Source: Chrysomallon squamiferum
Taxonomy: Eukaryota > Animalia > Mollusca
NCBI GenBank assembly: GCA_012295275.1
Contig: CM022670.1
Location: 16,616,001-16,680,000 of the forward strand
Direction: 5' to 3'
DNA length: 64,000 bases
Both the position numbers and the translations under genes were made by a program. A model generated the notes under the pieces. It did not search any database and was not told the DNA's origin. It saw only the letters and a list, made by a program, of their open reading frames with translations. Of this stretch, positions 1-13,690 are shown piece after piece; the stretch's first letter is position 1, and every line of letters starts with the position of its first letter.

Positions 1-1989
1 ATTTTCTCTATTTCCAACCATTAAAAAAAAAATGTCTAAACAGAGATCAGACACAAATAAGCAGATTTACAAAACGCTTTAAAGCACATCCCGGCCATGT
101 ACATCAATTTGTACTCCGTAATGAATACAATATATACTTATTTTACATTCTGGCCATTACATTGCAGTTTGCTAATGTCAAAATGAAGACTGGATTAAAT
201 TTCAAGCAGGTTAAACAATGAAGATAACCACATTTATCTTGTTGTGATGAGAACTGGTAACGATCAAAATGAATTAAATATTTTCTTAATGCAGTTAATG
301 CGTAATTTTATATTAACCGATGTACTTGTTACAGATTTAAGTTTCAACTACAAAACGATTATAGATTTAAATTTACTATGCAGTATTTATAAAGATATTT
401 ATTCAATAACAGTTTTCCATGCAATCGTCTGAATTATAGTTTGTTCTGTGTTATTGTCGAAATGTTACAACTGTTTTTAACTTTATTTTAATTTATGAAT
501 AATTTTAACAACACACGCACATTAAAATTTAATCTATATCTATATATATATATATTAAATTTTAACATCGGGATCACATAAATTCCAGACGTTACAATTT
601 TAAAATATGCCCAAGAACTGAATTCGGTTTATACACATACACACACATATATATATGATCTGAAGATGTAGCTTGTGTCTCGCTGTTTACAGACATGACG
701 CGTGAAATACAGCATTCTGGTTTTAGAGACGAAATAACCTTTGATATAAAAACAACGTCTGTCTCAAGTGAAATATATTAAATGGGCATGTTAAAGTGGA
801 GAAACCACAGTGCTTATTTTGAGATACAAACGCGCACTTGAAAGTTCTTGCATATTTACGTTTAGAAGATACAACTGGGAGAACTTGCTACGAAGACTGG
901 AGTAATGCCTCTAAGACAGACAGGAATGTACACGAAATATTATATCTCTTAATAAACTGTTTGCTCTCACACAAGGGATGTCTGTTTTATTGGTGCAAAT
1001 CCTGGACGTTACATGTTTTGTTCTGTTTTATATATTATAAAATACAGCTTTCCAGATCAGGAAAAAAAAAAAAAAAAAAAAAGAGAAGAAAAACAAAAAG
1101 AAAAAAAAGATATTTTATTTTAAAATGATGATGCTGTCTGGTTTTCCTATCTGTTTTATTTATTTATTTTTTTAATTATTATTTTTTAATTATTATTGTT
1201 ATTATTATTATTATTATTTTTTATCGTCATCATCATTATTATTTTATTATCATCATTATATTATTATTATTATTATTATTATTATTAGTTTGTTATAGCT
1301 TTTTTTTGTGTGAACTGCTGAAATTTACTTCATTACAAATATTTAAAGCATTCTGTAGTTTCATATAACAAAAATACATATATTAATTATTCGTAAAGAA
1401 CAGAGAACTGCTATAGTTCTTCCTACTTCCTTCTTGTTCGACTGACTTCCTTGTGGCGACTCGCCACCTTCTCTTCCCAGTTTTGATAACACTCTTCATC
1501 CCAGACATCTTATAGTGACGATAAGAAGTCCGATCATCATGTGATCAAGCTGTTGTGACCACTGACAAGAAATGTTATTTCCCAAGTGCTTTAACAAGTG
1601 ATATTGGGTGTTATAATTTTGTCTGGTAGAGTGTTGTGAGATTTTTATGCCCGTGAGAAACTTGCCTGAACGAGATGGGTCGTAAACGTAACTTTACATT
1701 ATTCACGATTAGCACAGACGTTACCTTAACGCACCAAACCCGTAGCAGCCCAGTCTCGCGTTATTTCTCGCGCCTTGGAGGCGCACGTGATCAGAAACGT
1801 GAACGGATTAAGTCTATGCTAAACCTGTCTGTCATTTCAAAATTACTTTGTTTTAGTTCGAACACAGATTGTATGCTCGTTGTTGTTAAAATAATGTGTT
1901 AATGTCGGCACCATATCATTTAGTTATTAATCTAATTATACTGTGTTACTGTTGCTATTTTCTATTGTTGAAATTTGACGTCTCGTAAT

Positions 1990-2520
1990 TTCTGCTGCAA
2001 CTTCGGCTCCTTCTGTAAAGCTGCTGTTACCACCGTCATTGGTATGTCTGCTATTTTTACCATCACTGCTGCTTCTACTACTGTTTCCATAACTACTAGA
2101 ATTTGTTCTATTATTACAATTACTACTACAAGAACCATCTATACTATCTACTACTACGTCGTTTACTGTTACTGCTATTAGTACATTTAGTACTAGTACG
2201 GCTACTGCTATTAGTTCTATTAGTACTGCTACTGCTACTACTACTGCTACCTCTACTGCTATTAGTACTATAAGTGCTTCTACTGCAACTACTACTGCTA
2301 CGACCACTACCACTCCTAAAACACTACTATTACCTCTACTACAACTTACCATTACAAAAATTAATATTAGCACTACATTAGTGTTTCTAGAACCGCTGCT
2401 ACTGTTGCTAATATACTACTTCTGCTACTTTATTACTACTACTTCTCCTTCAATAACAACTACTATCTATACCCATACGACAACAACATCAGCAACTACT
2501 ACTGCTGCTATTACCATCAC
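1990..2520. repeat. Degenerate (ACT)n trinucleotide low-complexity tract
   Basis: ACT/GCT/ATT triplet drift; similar tracts at 24203-24295, 24805-25170, 28066-28490, 29130-29410. Confidence 0.85.
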
Positions 2521-3779
2521 CACATTTCTGAAATTACGATGAACTGCTGGTTACCATCTCTGCCATCCCTAAAATGATTATCATTAAAAACATATTTAAA
2601 AAAAATACTAACACTTTTTATTATTTAGACCTCTCTTTTAACTAATTACTGTTTTCAGATGACATTTAGATTTCAGTAAAAGCACTGCATCAACATTTTA
2701 ATAATAATAATAATATATACAAAAAGTTGCTCGCACCAAGGAAGTGCAAACTTGCGATAAAGAACAACAGATACACCGTTAATAAGAACAAAGTTGACAG
2801 AAATTGTGACTTTCTGCCCACATAACAAAATGACTGCTGATATTTAAACGCATCCGTTTTTATGAAACATACAGAATTAACCCTTAAGGCTTATACCGTC
2901 TGCACTTTGAAACTCAAAAAAAAAAAAAAAAAAAAAAAAAAACCCTCTAAATAATTCTACTCCTACACGCAAGTATTATTATCCGGGTAAATTAATTTTG
3001 ATAGTCTATATAGCTGGTGAGTTTTACTATTTGTTTTTGTTGTTAACAAAACAGTGTTATACTATAAGCAATTATTATGTTGCGCTATCAAGGACATCAA
3101 AGCAGTATCGACGTTTCTTAACGAGGCTTTCCAAATTTTATAATCAGTCAAGCCAAAGGCAGAGAAGTAAGTGGAAGTTTGATGCGTAGGAGGAATCATT
3201 GTAGTGAAAATAATTACATGGAGACAGTGGGAGGATGCAACTGCAATATTTACACGAATCTCTTCTAATTGCTTTATTTCATTTCACAGAACACAGCCGT
3301 TTATTCTTACACTTCCAAACGGTCTTTTGATTCTCCGTTTATTTATTGTCTTTTCTGTTATATTTAATCATTCGGCAGGAATAATATTAAAATGGTAGTT
3401 ATAAAAATGCAGCATCAAAACATTATTTTGTAATGTAATTAATGAAAAATGAAAATCTCAACAGGCATAAGATTGTAGTACAAAGTCAGTTCCCTTCGAA
3501 AGAATCTCTGAAATAACAATATAATTAATATAAATAAATAAATTAAAAAACCCGACAAATGTGCTTATAATATAATCCTGTAGAAAGAAGATCTCTATGT
3601 CGCATTTGTTCTCTGACAGTCTGGAGTGTCAAAGCGTTGTAAACAGTAATCTTTATAAATTAATTATTTCCTCTTTATAAAGTTCATGTTTGTAAAATAT
3701 GTCATAATTCTGGACAAGGATTAAATGAAGCACTTTTTGACCACGCTATGCAGAGAAGCACGCACGCCCGCACGCACAC

Positions 3780-3841
<62 letters not shown>

Positions 3842-4699
3842 ACTGAGTTGAAACCAGCATCCAAACCCATGATTTTACATTGTATAATTTCTTTACTTGT
3901 GAAAAAACATCTCAACTTGAACGCAGTAAAGTACTGAAGAATAAAAAATACATTTATTTCCATACGTGTCCTGTCAAGTATTCGACAAAAGCACACTGTT
4001 TCTACGACATTCAAAAAGCTTTATTTTATTACATTCCAAGATAATACTACCAACGCACGCACTACGCACCTCGACACCAGGACATCGCCGAACATAAACA
4101 CCGCACTGTACCATTTTATTCTGTCAGCCATTGGGTGTCTTGTCAGTCAGCGAAGTAATTCTAAACCCCGTTGCGAGTGGACATCCATCGATGGAATGAC
4201 ATTTGGGAAAGTAAACGAGCTCTTCAGGCCTCTGCCAGAATCATACATTATGGACCCATTTAGTCGATATTTCGGTGACCTTTACATTGCCAGCAGAGAG
4301 CACACACGTGTATTGGGCGGGCCGAGTGTGTTTGTACATTAGACAACGCATTAACGGAAAAGTGAAGAAAAAACAACAACAAAACAACAAAAAAACAAAC
4401 CTACTGCCATAATTCAGAGACGAAGAATGTTAAAGTGAGATGAACGGTTTGGGCTGCTAGCTTTCACACTGGAAACTCTGCTTGTAGAGCAGAGCTGTAA
4501 TTATTCAGCGAGCACTTGCCGTAATTATCGACAACTACAGATCAGACAAATCAATGCTGTGAAAGCGACACCATTTCCAATGGCCGTGTTAAAGCTGTGA
4601 GATAAAAATGGTGGGAAGGAGACCTGTGTGAAGCTGAATTCTGGTTGCATTATTTCCCAAACGCAAGGAAAACAACACTCCGCTCTGAAGACAGAACTG

Positions 4700-4786
4700 G
4701 CATCTCTTGGACAAAATGGCCGCCTCCATCGGAGCCTTTAGTCTAATTCCAAGATAACCGCACTTAGTATAAAGATGGAGGTAAGA
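4700..4786 (+). promoter_or_regulatory. YY1-type motif followed by a splice donor (candidate first exon)
   Basis: CAAAATGGCCGCC at 4712-4724; GAG|GTAAGA donor at 4781, then an abrupt shift to AT-rich sequence. Confidence 0.35.
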
Positions 4787-5042
4787 ATTAACTAAATTTA
4801 CTGTGTACTAATAAAAAAGTGTTATTTAAAAAAAAATTTAAATACCTTTTTCTTAGATATGATTGGTGAAATATTTAGTATGAAGTTTCAACGTTGTTTG
4901 TAATCAAAAACCACGACATTAGGTAACTGTTATATTTATCAAAGCGTAAATTATATCAGAGACCAAATATTATTTCCAATTTTTTTTTTTTTTATATAAA
5001 AAAATATTATTCAAAATATAATTTAATATTTTCCTTAAAAAC

Positions 5043-5092
<50 letters not shown>

Positions 5093-5449
5093 ATTATTAA
5101 AATTTATTTGTAAAATTCGAATGAGTTAGAACTGTATAAAATTTATATTTATTTGAAAAGATTCTCTGTAATACACATCTGTCCACACTTAGTTGATAAT
5201 CCAGTGTTAACACTAGGAAATTTACTATTCACTGGTGTGAAAGGCACCATGACTGAATCGATCTGTCCTCCTAGCAACCGTTGTCAGCGTCCTTGACAAC
5301 GATCCTGTACCCAGCATGTAACCTTTTTAAAAACTGGAAGTATTTTTTAAGCACTTCTGACAGGAGTTTGAAATGTGCGCAGATTGTGACAAATGACTGA
5401 ATCTGAAACTGCTTAAACCATGCTATACATTATGTATAGACTCTGTCAT

Positions 5450-5563
<114 letters not shown>

Positions 5564-5695
5564 GCTCTCTCTTTAGCTCGCTTTCTCTATCTCTCTTTTT
5601 CTTACTTTCTCTCTCTCTTCCATCACATATTTAAAATATCACAATACTGTGACTCTTTTTCTTTCTCGATCTCTCTCTCGCCGAAAACCATGGTG

Positions 5696-5752
<57 letters not shown>

Positions 5753-6163
5753 TAATAATAATAATTATAACAATAATAACAGCAACAGCAAGAACCAATA
5801 TTTTTACCTATAAACAGTTTTGCTGCTGAGAATTTAATTTTATTTATATTTCATTACCCCAGTTAAAGGTAAAAACTCATTTTTAACTTTTTGTCCATCA
5901 GTCCGCTCGTCCTGACGATTCGCTTGTTTGTCTGTTAAAAATATTCATCATTTTATCATCCGCTGTTTGCTCTGACCTGAAAGTAATAACGTCTAGCACT
6001 CAGGAAGGATAAGTTAATGGATTCTGAGAAACAATAAAGTAGGCTAATGGTTATTTTCTAGGCCACCTGAGTCATTTTTCATTTGATGTGTGGGAGTTGT
6101 CACACTAATCAGTAACCTTTTTCAAATTAAAAACCCTCTAGCCGATCTACGGCCAGACTTGAA

Positions 6164-6234
<71 letters not shown>

Positions 6235-6479
6235 AATATAATAAACTAATATGAAATAAAATAAAATAAAATAAATAAATAAATAAATAAATAAAACAAA
6301 ATAATAAACTGATAAATAAATAAAATATAATGAATTTCGGAAAGTGATGATTTTATTTAAAATCTACGAAATTTATTAATATTATACAAATATGTTAAAT
6401 ATACCTTCTGTATTCTGTGTTTTAGCAGAGTGATTTTGGATTATGTAGAACTTTAATGTATTAGAATGTGAGGAAAAAA

Positions 6480-6580
<101 letters not shown>

Positions 6581-6825
6581 GTAATTCCAGTTCTCTAGCA
6601 ATTATAAATACTATTATTTATAATCGACTCCACTGACAGAATGATCATTGTCTATCACACACAATGCTTGTTCAAACCTTTGGCTCTATTCAAGTGTGTA
6701 ATTTTCGGAGCAGAAATCAATACAATACCAAGCGATAAAAAATAACCTGATAAAAATTCGTGACAGTGTCTACAATATTGACTTAGACCAAGAAGCAACT
6801 AATAAAGAGTAATGATAATACATGC

Positions 6826-6868
<43 letters not shown>

Positions 6869-7246
6869 ACAGTATATGAGGAAAAATGTATCTGTGTATG
6901 TTTTGTGTATATATGTGTGCATATAGGTGTCCGTGTGTGTGTATGTTTGTGTATGTGTGTGTATATGTTTGTGTATGTGTATGTGTAAATGATTTTTGCT
7001 GCATTGATTTGTTTATATAGATGGACAATTAAGTTATATGTAAGAATTCGTATTAGAAATATATAATCAGTTATTTCAACTCAAATATGGATCTGTTATA
7101 TATAAAATATAAATATATATTACTTACGTTTTTGTTTGAGAAGTTTTTCTCGTAACAGTTTAAAAATAAAAATTTCGTATGTTGATGTTATAGGCCTGTT
7201 ACAAAAACTGTATATTCCTTTGTTCACAAAATAAATAAATAAATAA

Positions 7247-7316
<70 letters not shown>

Positions 7317-7414
7317 TAATAAATAAATAAATAAAAAAATAAAAAAATAAATAAATCTATACAATAAAAATTACGCAATAATAGTCACAACAATAATTAA
7401 TAACTCTCAACAAT

Positions 7415-7428
7415 AGTTAATATTTATT

Positions 7429-7494
<66 letters not shown>

Positions 7495-7548
7495 TAAAGA
7501 GAGAATTAATTGTTTGATAATTATAAATAAATATATCATTTATTCATT

Positions 7549-7599
<51 letters not shown>

Positions 7600-7615
7600 A
7601 TAATAAATATTAACT
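7415..7615. mobile_element. Foldback/MITE-like element with 19-bp perfect inverted termini and (GA)n/(TC)n arms
   Basis: AGTTAATATTTATTATCGA at 7415-7433 is the exact reverse complement of 7597-7615; inside are a (GA)n arm, an AT-rich core and a (TC)n arm. Confidence 0.6.
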
Positions 7616-9519
7616 TTAACTATTTTTATTTCTGGTAAAGCACCAAACGTTATTAATAAATTTAAAATAAAATTAATTATTAACTTCTGTAAACGTACTA
7701 TTAAACAAACAAATGCTAATGAAATAAAATCTGTAGATCCGCACGTACGGATGTAATTGCAGGCAGACGGTTATTAATCCCGATGAGATGTCTTCACGAT
7801 TTTCAGAAATACGTTTCACACATTCGCGTGATTTAGAAAATCTTGGTGTAAAGGTTAATTTCACCACGAAGTCAGGGTCACTTACGCGAAATGTGATGTG
7901 AAACGGCGGGGGTGTGCTGGTAATGAAGTATTATATTATATTATCTAGTATTTTATTCCACTGATATCGCTTCTTGGAATTAGAAAATGTATAATCTGTT
8001 ATGTATTATATATATATAGTTAACAGTAATTAATTAATACCTTTTTGCTTACGTTTCTGGTCGTTTTGTGCAGTAGGATGAAATATAGAAATAAGAAAAA
8101 TAACTGGTGGTTCTATTTAATCCCAGTAATCTGCACATAACTATAAGTTTGACTGCTAAACTGATGAAAAATAGTATTTTTATCAAGTCTAAGATGACTG
8201 TTTGAAAACACTTTTCTTGTAATACTATATCGAATGTTATTAAAATTACCCATAAATTGTTTTCTAATAAAAATAAAAACAAATTATGATTCAAATATCT
8301 ACGAATTTTATATTTACTGTTACTGGCAAATTAACGAAAAATAGCATTGTTATAAAAACAGCGATATTTGTTTGAAATCACTTTTCTTATAATAATATAT
8401 GGAATGTTATTATAATTATTGATAAATTATTTTCTAACAGATTTTTTTTTTTTAATAATTCTCCTATCTGATGATTGTATATAAATTGTGTAGAAAGTAG
8501 TTCAGCAAGGCATCAAGTTTTGACGTAGACGAACCGAGACGAGCAGTCCAGTGCATGTTATTATTTCTGTTCACAGTTGAAACCATTACCCTAATTGTTA
8601 TATAAATGCTGTGATATTTTGTAACAAGGCATTCACTTCATAAACACAGCTGGGATTCCTAATTGTTAGGTCGAAGTTCTGCAAGTGTATATTTGAACTT
8701 TTACTTGCATGTGGTTTTCAGTTTCCTGTTGCAATCATTGTTATTGTCACCACTGTCGTTTTTAATCGCTTTTCCCCCATTATCTTTTCATCACGGAAGA
8801 AGAACCAGTTTAATAAAGAATCGGTTTGTAATTACTACCAATACAGATCAGAAAGTAAATGTTATTAAGAGGCCATTTCTAAGAAAATGTGTTTTTAATT
8901 AAATTTCATCATCATTATCATCATTGTGAATCTGTAATACCCCGTTGTTATTTCCTCATCTTCCTGTCTTGCGCAGTCCTCGGCTACTCGTGTAGTTCAT
9001 CATTCAAACGTCTCGCAGGTCTTTCTCTACGTGATTTCCCTTCGTCTGGTTTCCCAACGGTGACACGCGATGCCCATCGGTTGTTTTAAATTCTTCCGAG
9101 GAACAAAACTGAAACGGTTATTTCGACCTGCACTGCAGAAACGAATACGTGGTGACATTAGATAAAAGTGGAAACTGGTTTAAACGGCTGCTGAAGAGAT
9201 TAATAAATAAAATGGTGTTATTAAATTTTGACAATCAAAGCTTCATATCCGTTTATTGGACTTTAAATATGGTGTCACCGCTGTGTCCAATTAGTTTGTC
9301 AAATGTCAGATTAACCGAGGGACAACTGTAAATGAAACGTAAAACAGCTTTTCTTGACAATATTGCTGAATAAGTCTTGTTATTCTCCACGTGTTACTTG
9401 CTGTTTTAAAAATATCACAGACATAATTGGGGCGTAATTCCGGTTAATGACTTTCAATTCTATTTCAGTTAATGTAGGTTTTTTCTTTGATATATGTGTG
9501 TGTGCGTGTGTGTATGTGC

Positions 9520-9584
<65 letters not shown>

Positions 9585-10499
9585 TATATATATATGAAGG
9601 AGAACAACTCATAATTAATCATATCTATTTTTCTTAGTTTCCTAATTGCTTACTTTAGTGTTGTTCTTCTGGTAAAGGCATACATTATCGTTCACGTAAA
9701 AAACAAAAAAAAAAAAAAAAAAAAACAACAACAAATAATAATAATAATAATAAATAAATAAATAAAAACAACAAGATATGTATAGATATTCGTACACAAA
9801 CATACGTACATACATATACACAGATATATACATACATGCAGACGCACATACATACAAACATTCATACATACATACTAACAAACAAACAAACAAACATACA
9901 TAATACATACAAACAAACATACATACATACATGCATACATACACACATACATACATACATACATACATACATACAGACATACATAACGGTAACGTCGTCG
10001 CCTTCGGAGTGCAGGCGAATGGTTGCCACACGTTCGAGACTCATCAGCGGCATCTGACATGGTTTGTGATGTCGTAATTGGATTTTGTCCTTCAGAGTAT
10101 TGTCTATGTGCAGAGTCTAGTCACACGTACATAAGACAGAGAACATTCAAATCCTGTAATATATACATACAGATAAATGTGATAAAGATTATTGCAGTTT
10201 TTAAAATATCTTTTATTTGAAATCTTGAAAGCGTAGCAGTTCAGTTTCACATGTGTGGCGAAGCTGCTGATTTTGGATCACTTGAAATCTTACCACAGTT
10301 AAATCGGTGACATCCGATTTTGTCAGTATTGTTTATCAGTCGCAAAACTAGTTTTTGCGAGCTTCGCAGCTATTTCAGCTATATTGCTTTTGAAGTGTAA
10401 GGATTCCAAGTTCATCTATGTTTTATATTTTGTCAAATAATTATAAAAACGTGTTCCAGATCCGTCACAAAGCGAAAACTACAACGTTAAAGTTGACGT

Positions 10500-10717
10500 A
10501 GCAATTTCCGGTCACTTCGGCGAAAGAAGTCAGAGCCGACAGCTGCATTTCCGTTAACAGTTTCAGAACGTTCTGTCAGGAAAAGGTGACCGGAAGTATG
10601 ACAGTACAGAATGGACAATTTGTAAAAGTCTTTTGTCTGACACCAACGCCATTTTACGACAAACGAAATTTTTACACGTTGTTCGTTTCGAATGGAAAGG
10701 CTGTTGGACACGTAAGT
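10500..10717 (+). promoter_or_regulatory. CpG-rich promoter-like segment with a splice donor
   Basis: ETS-type ATTTCCGG (10504) and CCGGAAGT (10590), YY1-type CGCCATTTT (10647), donor GTAAGT at 10712. Confidence 0.4.
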
Positions 10718-11282
10718 TTTTGACCTTTACCGATACGCCTGAGGAATTAAGACGAATTTGCCGAGGAGAAACTGTTGACGTTTTTGATAAACAGAGAGAA
10801 CTGGAGAGAGTGGAAGGACGTGTCAGCCCGGAAGACACTTTCCCCGGTCAGTTCCCGGTCGTCTGTTGATTTGCAAATCCACCAAAAACATCACAACATT
10901 ATTCACGAATAACACAACTCTTCAGAATGTGCAAGAAACTGTCGAAAAAAAAAAAAAAAAAAAACCCATAAAAAAACCCCACTTCTATAAACGTTATACA
11001 TTTCTGACCTTCATGTCTCCTGTTAGAATTAGTGTAATGAAATTCTAGCTTTTCTACACAGACAAAACTTTGTTTTATTCATATTTATTTATAATACGTT
11101 TCTGCGTTAAATCTTTAGCTTTATAATTATTCTGAATTCATTTATACGATGAAAAAAACGATGTTTTCTGTTTTGTTTTATCGTGGCAGGCTGACATTAT
11201 GTTCACTTAACGCAGATGGAATGGCACTGCGACCAGAATTGTCTCTGTACTTCTTATAATACGATTTGTTTAATATAAATGT

Positions 11283-12160
11283 GTCTGATGACCAATCTAC
11301 CACATATGTATTAGCTTATACATGAATTGACATATCTGATGTCCAGTCTACTACACATGTATTGACATATCTGATGATCAGTCTACTACACATGTATTGA
11401 CATATCTGATATCCAGTCTACTACGCATGTATTGATATAGTGTACTAGACATGTATTGACATATCTGATGTCCAGTCTACTGTACATTTACTGGCTTATC
11501 TGATGACCAGTCTACTACACATGTATTGACATATCTGATGATCAGTCTACTATACATGTATTGACATATCTGATATCCAGTCTACTACGCATGTATTGAT
11601 ATAGTGTACTAGACATGTATTGACATATCTGATGTCCAGTCTACTATAGATTTATTGGCTTATCTGATGACCAGTCTCCTGCACATGTATTGACATATCT
11701 GATATCCAGTTTACTATACATGTATTGACATATCTGATTATCAGTCTACTATACATGTACTGACATATCTGATATCCAGTCTATTATACATGTATTGACA
11801 TATCTGATGATCAGTCTACTATACAAATATTGATATATCTGATGACCAGTCTAATATACAAATATTATACAAGTAGTGATATATCTGATGACCAGTCTAC
11901 TATACAAGTAGTGATATATCTGCTGATCAGTCTACTATACAAATATTGATATATCTGATGACCAGTCTACTATACAAGTAGTGATATATCTGATGACCAG
12001 TCTACTATACAAGTAGTGATATATCTGATGACCAGTCTACTATACATGGTATTGATATATCTGATGACCAGTCTACTATACAAGTAGTGATATATCTGAT
12101 GACCAGTCTACTATACAGGTAGTGATATATCTGATGACCAGTCTGCTATATATGTATTGC
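11283..12160. repeat. 35-bp minisatellite, ~25 copies
   Basis: Unit TATCTGATGACCAGTCTACTATACATGTATTGACA with head-to-tail variants. Confidence 0.95.
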
Positions 12161-13415
12161 CAATCATTCCTGTTGTACACCAGTTTGCTTCACGTGCTAA
12201 CTAATGGCCGTTTAAAGCAGGCTCGATGGATACGCTAACTAGTTATTTATAATTTGTAATACAGAACTAAATTTCGCTTAATAATTATGGAAGGATATTA
12301 GATATTATTATAAATAAATAATCTATCGCCTGTTAAATTAACATAACAGTTCAAAATCGATCGCTCATTAAATTAACGTGACTCTAACATTTAAAAACAA
12401 CAACAACAACAAAAAACCAACAACAACAACAACAAACAAACTAAAACAACAACAAAAATCACTCGTTATTTTAACGTTTTAAATCGATTATCTATTGAAG
12501 CATCGAGAGAAAGTAAAAACAGTTAAAAGAAGGATATTGTTGGAACAAATATCTTTAACGAATTGAAATGAAAAAAAAAAAAAATTCCCTTCTAGAATTA
12601 AGTTAACCTGAGATTTTCGGAGTAATTATTTGTCTGCAGCTTACCATACTGATATCTGATTTCTGGAATTAATCAAATATTAATTTCAAACACTTAATTA
12701 ATATGTCGAGAAGGCGTTCGATTTGAAATAACTAAACGTAATCATATGTAACAATGTGTTATGTTTGTGGATGTCTGTGTGTGTATGCTTGTGGGTGCAA
12801 GTATATCTGTAGGTGCTGATTGTGTGTGGTGTGTGTGTGTGTATGTGTTTGTGTTTGTATGTGTTTTTGTGCATGTATAATGCAAATGTGTATATATACA
12901 TTTGTGTATGTGTGTAGATGTGTTTATGAATGTAAGTGTTTGATTCTGTGTGTGTTCTGTGAATGTTGAGTGCACACGTTAAACATAGATTATATATTAA
13001 CCTTATGAAACATCGCATACATTTTCCTTAACTCTTGTTTTAAACACGCATCGCACACACCCGTGAACACGTACGTATACATAATACCCACATACATAGA
13101 TAAGTATACAAACATACATAAACACTTCCCACAAAGACATATGTAATTTGTTCAGTTTACAAGAACTTTATAAAAATAGACTAACAACGTGATTGTATCA
13201 TGTTTCTGAGATAAAAACGGCAAAAGTTTCGATTCGTCGGCTTAATTATTGAAAGAAATAAGATAACGAATAAAGTTATATGTTGAAAAATATTTTTAAA
13301 ATATTCATTTTATTTAGAATGTTCTATTTTTTTTATTTTTTTTTTATTTCGGTTTAGGTTTTTTCGATAAGACGTTTAAAAATTATCTTCTTAATTTTTC
13401 TTAACCAGCCACGAC

Positions 13416-13690
13416 TGACGTTTGGTTCTTTCAAGAACTCTTTTGCCGTATTTGTTTGACATTTGATTCTTTCAACATTTTTTAATTCATTCTCATCTGA
13501 CATTTGATTATTTCAGCATATTTTTAAAACCGTTTTTGACAACTGATTCTTTCGACTTATTTTTTGGTCATTCTCGTTTCGCATTTGATTCTTCAACACA
13601 CATTTTTGTCATTCACATTTGACATTTGATTCTTTCGACGTATTCTTTTTATCAATCTGTCACATTTTAACATTTAATTCTTTCACCTTC
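13416..13690. repeat. Degenerate ~40-bp tandem repeat
   Basis: Recurring TTTGACATTTGATTCTTTC core at about 40-bp spacing. Confidence 0.7.

Noticed and set aside
10633-10869. 78-aa soluble-looking ORF
   Set aside because: TTG start, no recognisable family, and it contains a consensus donor; better explained as promoter or UTR sequence.
11283-12160. 35-bp periodic array as a CRISPR array
   Set aside because: Units are head-to-tail with no unique spacers, there are no cas genes, and the context is eukaryotic.
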